64,000 nucleotides of DNA, taken from contig JAUVXW010000014.1 in NCBI GenBank assembly GCA_030603385.1, positions 1 through 64,000 of the forward strand, given 5' to 3'. Shown one piece after another: positions 10,111 to 17,838 of this stretch. Origin of the DNA: Promethearchaeota archaeon. Lineage in GTDB: Archaea; Asgardarchaeota; Lokiarchaeia; Sigyniarchaeales; SOKP01. The notes beneath the pieces were generated by a model. The model was not told the DNA's origin, searched no databases, and worked only from the letters and a program-made list of their open reading frames with translations. The translations under genes were made by a program, and so were the position numbers. The number at the start of each line of letters is the position of its first letter. The stretch's first letter is position 1.

Positions 10111-10290
10111 AATTTAAAAAAATTAGGTTTAAGTCTTTTCTGATTCAATCTCAGCTATTGCTTTTCCACTACGAAACGGAATATCAACAAGAGACATACC
10201 TGCTTCGTAATCGAATTTCTCTTTGAAGGCTTCATTGAGTGATTGAAAATAGAGTGAAAGTGGTTAATTCTGAGTACTACACAGTAGCAA
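10111..10290 (-). pseudogene. Degenerate second copy of the 3' end and terminator of the fdhB/frhB-like gene
   Basis: Translates CYCV/QN*PLSLYFQSLNEAFKEKFDYEAGMSLVDIPFRSGKAIAEIESEKT* versus QNLPLSLYFQSLNESFKEKFGYEAGMSLDDIPFRSAKAIAEMELEKT* at 11135-11278. The downstream AAAAAAATTAGG is also shared. Confidence 0.9.
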
Positions 10291-10335
10291 TCTCAGAATG
10301 ATATTTAAGTTTAGTATTAAATTTAATAAGATTTC

Positions 10336-10764
10336 TTATTTTAAAATAAATATCGCTTCTCGTTCAGATAAAATAAGCCAAGAAATTTGGCAAATAGATT
10401 TAATACCTATTATTGGTATTCCAAATTCCTGAATAGGTATAATTTCATCTAATTTTATCTCATCTTGTTTGGCTTTATTTAAGATTTTTATGACGACTTT
10501 TTGTTCTTGATCTACAATTTCAATAATTCCATTATAATTATCATATTCAATAAGTCCACTTACGGTAACTCCTTTTCCTCGCCCAATTTTAGGTAAATTC
10601 AATAAGGAAATTGACTCTTTGTCAAGTCCAAAATAACCTGTAAAACCAGTATCAAACATACAATATTTCACAAGTGTAACTTTCGTTTCTGGATTTGATA
10701 TTCTTACGGGAATCCTAAATATTTGTAATTGAGGGTCGAGTTTCCAACCTCCTAAAATATTCAT
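10336..10764 (-). CDS. Clan AA (retropepsin-like) aspartic protease
   Basis: FDTGFTG catalytic motif, C-terminal PIIG motif, single-domain size. Confidence 0.75.
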   Translation of the reverse strand: MNILGGWKLDPQLQIFRIPVRISNPETKVTLVKYCMFDTGFTGYFGLDKESISLLNLPKIGRGKGVTVSGLIEYDNYNGIIEIVDQEQKVVIKILNKAKQDEIKLDEIIPIQEFGIPIIGIKSICQISWLILSEREAIFILK

Positions 10765-10767
10765 GAA

Positions 10768-11043
10768 TTATCCCCTAATATGTTTCAAATTATCTTGCAA
10801 TTCTATTAGTTTTGAATTTGCAAGTTCAAGTACATTCTTTGGATCTTTTTTTAATAATTCAAAATCAGAAGGGTTAAATGGACCAACTATATAAGGTGCT
10901 GATCCATTATAATTGAATTCTGAAACATATTTAGATAAGGCTTCTCTTAAAACATGGCTTCGACTTCGAAAAAAACCCTTCTCAATAAAGTCATCTACCT
11001 TTTTTAATAAATCATCAGGTATTCGTATTTGTAATGTTTTCAT
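10768..11043 (-). CDS. Ribbon-helix-helix (CopG/Arc/MetJ) protein, putative antitoxin or regulator
   Basis: MKTLQIRIPDDLLKKVDDFIEKGFFRSRSHVLREAL; 3 nt upstream of the protease gene. Confidence 0.85.
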   Translation of the reverse strand: MKTLQIRIPDDLLKKVDDFIEKGFFRSRSHVLREALSKYVSEFNYNGSAPYIVGPFNPSDFELLKKDPKNVLELANSKLIELQDNLKHIRG

Positions 11044-11134
11044 ATTTATGTATCACTAATAATTACATATGTAATTAAATATTTAAATTCAGATCCTTGT
11101 TTTACTTAAAAGAACAAAATTAAAAAAATTAGGA

Positions 11135-12274
11135 TTAAGTTTTTTCTAATTCCATCTCTGCTATTGCTTTCGCACTACGGAAAGGTATATCATCAAGAGA
11201 CATACCTGCTTCATAACCGAACTTTTCCTTGAAAGATTCATTTAATGATTGAAAATAGAGTGATAACGGTAAGTTTTGGGGGCAGTTATTATCGCAGTTA
11301 CCACATTCAACGCACCTGTCAGCATCGTGAGCTATTCTTGTTAATTGGTAAGTTACTTTATCTATTGTTTTAGCCTTTCTCTTTTTCTGTAGTATACAAT
11401 CCACACAGTAGCAAACCGGGCAACCTCTAATGCAAGTGTTGCACATAGTGCATTTGAGTAGCTCTGCTATCTTTTCTTCCTGTGATAATTTTTCCCATTC
11501 TTCCAAATCTTTTGCCCGTTTTTCTTTCGCTTTTTCAATTATTTGATTGTAAGTATTTTCATGTTCTTTTTTGATATTATCTGGAAGTTCTTTCTTTGCA
11601 ATTCCTGATTTTTCAAGAATTTCATTTCCTTTATCTGAATAAACTTTTAGAATTATCTCTTCTGAATCAATAGGAATTCCAAGATCGCTTATTGTTAAAT
11701 CAGCGACGACAGGAATCTTTCGGAAACATCTTAGACAATTTTCAGCAACAGTGAGCTTAAGTTCTTTTGTGCTTCCATCATCCATTTTAACAATAAGGCC
11801 TTTATCTCCAACTTTTTCTTTAACGATTTTTGTTGGATCAACATCCTTAATTGATCTCATTTCTCGTCCAGCTTTCGGAAGCATTCCCCTATCTTCTATA
11901 CCAACTATAAAAAGATTATCTAGATTTACTTGTTTGATTTTAGCAAGTTCAATTAATGCTCTTGTATCGCATGGGCGTGCAATGAGTCCTACTTTCTCGT
12001 TCATCGCACCTGCTACAGATTTATGCAAATATTTTGATGCAGAATCTGTTCTTGTGTAACCAAAAGCAATTAGAGGGAATAATGGGAAATCTGAAAGATC
12101 TGCTTCTTTCTCCACTAATTTTGGTTGAACAGTAAATCTATCTATATTTCCAGATTTTTTATCAACTCTCAATTGAGCGCCAATAAATTTATCAACGACT
12201 TTTTCTTTCAGTAAAGTGGCTAAGATTTTAGAAAAATCTTCACTCTTAATTAGGTATTCTTCCATTGCATCCAT
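11135..12274 (-). CDS. FdhB/FrhB-family (F420 hydrogenase/formate dehydrogenase beta-like) subunit with 2x[4Fe-4S]
   Basis: ARPCDTRAL.EL.K..QVN.DNL, NCLRC, ADL, CTMCNTCIRGCPVCYC, CVECGNCDNNCP. Confidence 0.85.
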   Translation of the reverse strand: MDAMEEYLIKSEDFSKILATLLKEKVVDKFIGAQLRVDKKSGNIDRFTVQPKLVEKEADLSDFPLFPLIAFGYTRTDSASKYLHKSVAGAMNEKVGLIARPCDTRALIELAKIKQVNLDNLFIVGIEDRGMLPKAGREMRSIKDVDPTKIVKEKVGDKGLIVKMDDGSTKELKLTVAENCLRCFRKIPVVADLTISDLGIPIDSEEIILKVYSDKGNEILEKSGIAKKELPDNIKKEHENTYNQIIEKAKEKRAKDLEEWEKLSQEEKIAELLKCTMCNTCIRGCPVCYCVDCILQKKRKAKTIDKVTYQLTRIAHDADRCVECGNCDNNCPQNLPLSLYFQSLNESFKEKFGYEAGMSLDDIPFRSAKAIAEMELEKT

Positions 12275-12392
12275 GTATTTCCAACTCTAAAATACAAATT
12301 AATTAATTACAAATTCTTATTTTTTTTCTTAAATTTACAAATCTTTTGAAATAAATTTTTCCAATTTCTATTAAATTTTGAAAAACTATTTT

Positions 12393-12466
12393 ATGTGTTA
12401 TATGGTGCACCCATTTCTTCAGCATGAGTTCTCATTTTTTTAACTCAGCCTCATCAGTAAACACAT
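12393..12466 (-). promoter_or_regulatory. Eukaryote-type SECIS element
   Basis: Minus strand: helix I AUGUGUU/AACACAU; core AUGA(G) 12454-12451 / UGAA 12421-12418; helix II GCUGAGUU/AACUCA(U)GC; apical loop AAAAAAAUGAG. Begins 7 nt after the vhuD stop. Confidence 0.85.
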
Positions 12467-12473
12467 TAATTTT

Positions 12474-12932
12474 TTAAGCTTTAGCTTTCGCTTTAGCTTT
12501 TCCTTTTTTAGGTGTCCCTTTAATCCGTAAAGGACTTGGTCCCAACTTGCGGATGGTTTTATCGATTTCTATAGCTTCTCTTTGAAATTTTTGACCTTCT
12601 GCAGCTGTACAATATATTATTTTAATTCTTTCAGGGCTCACTCCAACGACCTTTAGAATTTCTTTAACATATTCCACTTGACGATATGCATAGTAATTTC
12701 CTGTCTCATAGTCACACTCTCCAGGATATCAAGCATTAATAACAACGCCATCAGCACCTCTACCGAACGTTCTCATTATTAGATCGCATCCTACGCGCCC
12801 TGCACAGGGCACCAATACATTTCGGATTGAATCTGGATAATTTGCACGAATTGTACCCGCCATATCAGCTGCCCCATATCCTCATTTCCAGCAAGCATAT
12901 ACAATAATTTTAATATCATTATTTTCTGCCAT
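12474..12932 (-). CDS. vhuD: Hydrogenase iron-sulfur subunit MvhD/VhuD, selenoprotein with 2 Sec (152 aa)
   Basis: From ATG 12932: MAENNDIKIIVYACWK-U17-GYGAADMAG...VPCAGRV...GADGVVINA-U68-YPGECDY...; TGA at 12882-12884 and 12729-12731 occupy conserved Cys positions. The ORF track has only the tail. Confidence 0.92.
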
Positions 12933-12949
12933 TTTATTTCTCCACCTCT

Positions 12950-14932
12950 CTACTCCTCAATTGGTAATAAAACATCTATAAGCGCCATGTATTGGTCGTC
13001 TCTAAAGTACGTTAAATCAATTGCTTTTGAAGGACATAGACCCGCACATGTTCCGCACCCTCGACAATTAATTAAGTCAACAACGAGATTTCCTGTTTCA
13101 TTTACCGAGATAGCACTATATGGACAAGCTTCTATACATTTATAACATTTAGCACAACGCTCATCTGAGGGTGTAGCTCTGATTAATTCCATTGTATATT
13201 CTCCTTTTCCCATTGGAATGCCTGCTACCGATGCTGCTCCTCTTGCTTGGCTTACTGTTTTGTCAATCTCTTTTTGACCTTGAGCAGATCCACAAATGTA
13301 GATCCCAGGCACTTTAGTACTAATTGGGTCAAGTCGAGGATGATATTCCTTTAAGAAACCATCTGGACTTCTTTCCATCTTTAATACCCGAGCAATTTGA
13401 AGGGTACCTTGCGATGGAAGAGATGCTGATGATAATATAACCATGTGGACTTCCATAGAAACTACACTATCAGTTCCAACCGGTTCAAATTGTACTGTAA
13501 GGTTTTTTGTTAGAGGATCTTCTTCTATTTTTCCAACTAATCCCTTGACAAAAATTGTTCCCGCATCTCGAGATCTTCTATAATATTCTTCGTAATCTTT
13601 TCCAGCACATCGCATATCAATGTAAACACAAACGATTTGTGAATCGGGGTACTCTGATTTAATAAGTTTTGAGTTTTTAAGGGAAAGGTTACAGCAGATA
13701 ACGCTACAATGAGCATTTTTATTTATATCTCTTGACCCAACGCAATTGATAAACAAAATCTTAGTAGGACGTTTGCCATCAGAGGGTCGTATTAAATGCC
13801 CATATGTTGGACCGTTTGGCGCAAGTATCCTCTCTAGTTCTATTTGATTAATAACATTATCAAAAATACCATATCCATAATCATCACCTTTATAGAGGTC
13901 CCAACCAGTAGCAACTATTATAGTACCAATATCAAGTTCTACAATTTTATCCTGTTGACTAAAATCTATGGCTTCTTGTTCACATGCATCAACGCAAGCA
14001 AAGCATTCAATACACACATCTCTTTCAAGTTGTGATACTGCTGGTACTGCTTGAGCAAAAGCGATATCAATTACTTTTCTAGCAGATAAGTGCTCATCAA
14101 AATAATTACTCGTGTACACAGGACACACATCAGTACATGTTCCACAACCAGTACATTTTGTTTCATCAACGAATCGGGCTTTTCTTTTAACTTTAACTTT
14201 AAAGTTGCCAATATAACCATCTATTTCTGCAACTTCACTGTATGACAAGATTTCTATATTTGGATGACGATTAGCTTCAAGCATTTTTGGTCCCAAGATT
14301 CATATAGAACAATCATCTGTCGGAAAAGTTCTATCAAGTTGGGACATACGCCCTCCAATTGTTGTATTCTTCTCAACTAAATATACCTTATATCCAGCAT
14401 CGCCCAAATCGATAGCAGCAGATAATCCAGCAATTCCTCCACCAACTACAAGAGCAGAAGGTTCTACTGGAACTGTTTTAGTGGGTACATCTTCCAATAA
14501 CCATGCTCGAGCAATACCCGCTTTAATTAATTCGATTGCTTTCAGTGTAGCTTTCTCACGTACCTCCGGAGCTTGATGTACAAAAGAGCAGTGTTCTCGT
14601 ATATTCACAAATTCTAAGTATCTTGGGGGTAATCCCATCTCTGTTAATATGGCATGAAATACAGGTTGATGAGTCTTGGGTGTACATGCGGCAACTAATA
14701 TTCTACTAAACTTTACATCCTCATGTTTCTCCTTAATTTCAGCAGAACCGCCTTCAGTTCAAAGAGAAAGATATGGGTAAGCCCAAACGTTATCTATTTT
14801 ATTTATTTCTTCGACTATTTTTGGGATATCTAATATGCCTGCTATGTTAATACCTCAGTGGCAGACGAACACACCTATTCTAGGCTGAACTTCGTCTTCA
14901 TTACTATTACTATTGGTCTGTTTATCAGACAA
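12950..14932 (-). CDS. hdrA: Heterodisulfide reductase subunit A, selenoprotein with 3 Sec (~660 aa)
   Basis: One frame from TTG 14932 (GGTGA 5 nt upstream): RIGVFVCH-U26-GINIAG, YLSL-U58-TEGG, VAACTP, NIREHCSFVH, GGGIAG, FPTDDCSI-U211-ILGPKM. TGA at 14855-14857, 14759-14761 and 14300-14302. Confidence 0.93.
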
Positions 14933-14989
14933 TATGTTCACCTTTGTTTAACTTAACCTCCTATTTTTCTAAGGCTATACTTTTTCCTA

Positions 14990-15011
14990 ATTTCTTAGTT
15001 AGCTAAGAAAT
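14990..15011. promoter_or_regulatory. Perfect 9-bp inverted repeat upstream of hdrA (candidate operator or 5'UTR hairpin)
   Basis: ATTTCTTAG-TTAG-CTAAGAAAT, ~60 nt upstream of the hdrA start. Confidence 0.4.
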
Positions 15012-15140
15012 ATGTTATGATAGAGTAAATAGTGTATATTATTAAAATTAAATTATTATAAAATTTTAATTCAAAACTTTAGAAGTCATTATATCTACAC
15101 TTTTTAAATTAAATAAAAAAAGTTAAAAAAAAAATAAAAT

Positions 15141-15698
15141 TTATGCTTCAGATTCTTTTAAAATATCTCCAAAAAGTCGTTTTACAGCATCTATCCGCTT
15201 CTCTTCACCAATCTGTTCTACATCTTTTAATGATATAGCTTCTTTTGGGCATAAATCAATGCAAGCAGGATACTTTTCTCCTCTTTCTGGGTTTATATAA
15301 TCTTCTTTCATAGTCTCGCAAAGATCACAGATAATCGCTTTTTGAGTTTGAATGTGTAAATTTAATACTCCAAACTCGCACGCTCTAATACAGAAGGCAC
15401 ATCCGTTACACTTGTCATCGTCTACGATAATTGAGCCTGTTTCTTTGTCTTGTTCTAAAGCCTTTTCTGGGCAGCTGCGAACACATGGAGCGTCATCGCA
15501 TTTTTGACACGCTAATGCGATATTTAAGATGGGTTCTATTCTTACTCTATGGATTCTTGTGTTAATTGGATTAAATTCGCCATCATGTACAAAAGAACAT
15601 ATAGATTCACATGTTTCACATCCAGTGCATAAATTTGGGTCCACAATAATAAATTGATGAACAACTCCGCCTCTTTTCTTGGTTCCTATTTTTGACAT
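15141..15698 (-). CDS. 4x[4Fe-4S] electron-transfer subunit associated with AOR (DmsB/HydN-like)
   Basis: CTGCETCESIC, CQKCDDAPCVRSCP, CNGCAFCIRAC, CDLC...PACIDLCP; abuts the AOR gene. Confidence 0.9.
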   Translation of the reverse strand: MSKIGTKKRGGVVHQFIIVDPNLCTGCETCESICSFVHDGEFNPINTRIHRVRIEPILNIALACQKCDDAPCVRSCPEKALEQDKETGSIIVDDDKCNGCAFCIRACEFGVLNLHIQTQKAIICDLCETMKEDYINPERGEKYPACIDLCPKEAISLKDVEQIGEEKRIDAVKRLFGDILKESEA

Positions 15699-17630
15699 TT
15701 ATTTTTTACCTCCCGAAGGGATTAATTTGCCAATTACAAAATCTAATCCAAGAGACTTTAATGTTTCATCAGTTGGAATTCCTGTCTTAGTATCCCAGCC
15801 ACGAGCTTCATAATAACCACTTAATAACGTTTGATATCCATCTTCCTTTAAAACAACTCCTTTAGCTGGTCCTTTTGTGTGTGATTCCTTAAAGAACCTC
15901 TCAGGAGGATGATCATCCGCTCTAGTCCATCCCTCTCTGATGTTAAAGCATTTTGAAAGATTAAGAATAGCCTCTCCTCTCTTTTGTATAAATTTATCAG
16001 TTACCGGAATTCCAGTTACAAGATCAAAAACTTTTGCCATTTCAGCATCATTTTCATAAATTCCTCGAGTAAATTTACAAATTATATACGAGTCTATGAT
16101 AGCGTAAATATCTTCTAATTCTTTAATAGCTTTTCCTCTTTCAAGGGGTTTATCATAGGCAAATCTATCAAATTTTCCTTTTGCATCTAATCCATAGGCC
16201 CCATTTCTTAAATGGCATGCCCCTCTAATTGAAACGCTTTCTCCAACGGCAAATGAGCTCATTCCATGAAGATCAAATGCAGGCATTTCCAAGCCCTTAA
16301 TGTGCATACCATAAAAACTAGCTTTCTTTTTACCCATTTCTTCTAATCGTATACCTGCTTGTTTAGTACCATCACCGAAAATCTTTCCAGCAAATCCTTT
16401 ACCTAAAATCATTTCTTCCACGAATTTTGCAAGATTTACAGTAGAACCAAAAGGTAATTCATAACCTAAGTCTTCTTTGGTAATCAATCCCAAATCAAAA
16501 CATTCACATGCCATTGCTGCAGTTACACCTCCTGAAATTGCGTCAACCCCCAAATCATCACTTAATTGAACACACTTAAATACCGTTGGCCAATCATAAC
16601 ATCCTGTAGCAGTACCGAAACTGTAACAAAGCTCTACATCTATACTGGCATATAAGTTAGGCCAATGAGGATGTGTCTTTGGTATTTTAGTAATATGATC
16701 ACACGCAATTGAACATTGAGAACATGCGACCTTTTTTACCACCCAGTCATTATTAAGTGTGTCTCCTGTAAAAGTTCCATCATCAATTTTTTCCCAAGTT
16801 CCCTCACGGTGATTAAATGTGGGCATCATTCCAAGTTTGTTATAGCTTGTTATGCCTGCAGGAGTTCCTAAATCTCGATATTTAGCTGTAGCAGGGCCAT
16901 TAGCAACTTTAATTAATTTTTTAGCTAAATTAAAAAACTCAACAGGGTGTGCTACTTTCACGCCTTTAGTACCTCTAAAGCATACAGCTTTAAGGTTTTT
17001 AGACCCCATAACTGCGCCCATCCCAGTTCTTCCTGCTTGTCTATTACGATCATTGGTTATGCACGCCATTCTGCTCATTCGTTCTCCAGCAGGACCAATT
17101 GCCATGACTGCCAATCTCTGATCTTGAAATTCTTCTCTCAACAATTCTTCTGTTTCCCAACAACCTTTTCCCGCAAGTTCTGGGCATGGAACGATATAAT
17201 GATCATCATCATCCACAACCATATATGAAAGTTCTGGTGCTTTCCCTTTGAATACAATCATATTGATACCAGCACGACGAGCTTGAGCTCCAACAGATCC
17301 AGAGGATATTGCCATACCAAACATACCGGTTAATGGAGATTTAGCAAATACTCCATATTTAGAACTTGTTGGTAGTATAGTAGCTGGAAATGGACCATGT
17401 GCATATATAAACACATTCTCTGGGCTTAGGGGATCAACTCCCGCAGGGCATTCGTCCCATAATATTTTACTCGCGAATCCGTAGCCTCCAATCCAGTCTC
17501 GGCAAAACTCATTAGATAACGTAGATTTACTAATCTTTCCATCTGTTAGATCTACATCAATTCTAACCTGCGTAAAGCCCGAAATCTTGTCAGGAATAGG
17601 TATTTCTTTAGTTTTACTCATGTTTTTCAC
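15699..17630 (-). CDS. aor: Tungsten aldehyde:ferredoxin oxidoreductase family protein
   Basis: AKSPLTG, IGPAGE, AGRTGMGAVMGSKNLKA, CSQCSIAC, D.LG.D.IS, YYEARGWD. Confidence 0.92.
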   Translation of the reverse strand: MKNMSKTKEIPIPDKISGFTQVRIDVDLTDGKISKSTLSNEFCRDWIGGYGFASKILWDECPAGVDPLSPENVFIYAHGPFPATILPTSSKYGVFAKSPLTGMFGMAISSGSVGAQARRAGINMIVFKGKAPELSYMVVDDDDHYIVPCPELAGKGCWETEELLREEFQDQRLAVMAIGPAGERMSRMACITNDRNRQAGRTGMGAVMGSKNLKAVCFRGTKGVKVAHPVEFFNLAKKLIKVANGPATAKYRDLGTPAGITSYNKLGMMPTFNHREGTWEKIDDGTFTGDTLNNDWVVKKVACSQCSIACDHITKIPKTHPHWPNLYASIDVELCYSFGTATGCYDWPTVFKCVQLSDDLGVDAISGGVTAAMACECFDLGLITKEDLGYELPFGSTVNLAKFVEEMILGKGFAGKIFGDGTKQAGIRLEEMGKKKASFYGMHIKGLEMPAFDLHGMSSFAVGESVSIRGACHLRNGAYGLDAKGKFDRFAYDKPLERGKAIKELEDIYAIIDSYIICKFTRGIYENDAEMAKVFDLVTGIPVTDKFIQKRGEAILNLSKCFNIREGWTRADDHPPERFFKESHTKGPAKGVVLKEDGYQTLLSGYYEARGWDTKTGIPTDETLKSLGLDFVIGKLIPSGGKK

Positions 17631-17838
17631 TATTATTTATGAGTTATTTTTTGTAGATAATTATGAAAAAATAAAGTATCAAAATTTTAAAGGTTAATTG
17701 TTAACTCTAAAAAACACCCTCTTTAAAATGAGAGTAAAATAGAAGAAAAAGTAATAGATTAATATTGAAAAATATGCAAAATAGTATATTTTTTATAATG
17801 ATTCTGGAGATAAACCTTCAGTAAAATAATAAATTTGA

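Noticed and set aside
12477-12500. TTTAGC-type short tandem repeat at the vhuD 3' end
   Set aside because: Encodes a KAKAKAKA low-complexity tail; too short to be a CRISPR array or functional repeat.
12474-14638. Reading the ORF-track fragments as hdrA/mvhD pseudogenes or split genes
   Set aside because: All five interruptions are TGA, in frame and at conserved Cys positions, and a SECIS-like hairpin follows.
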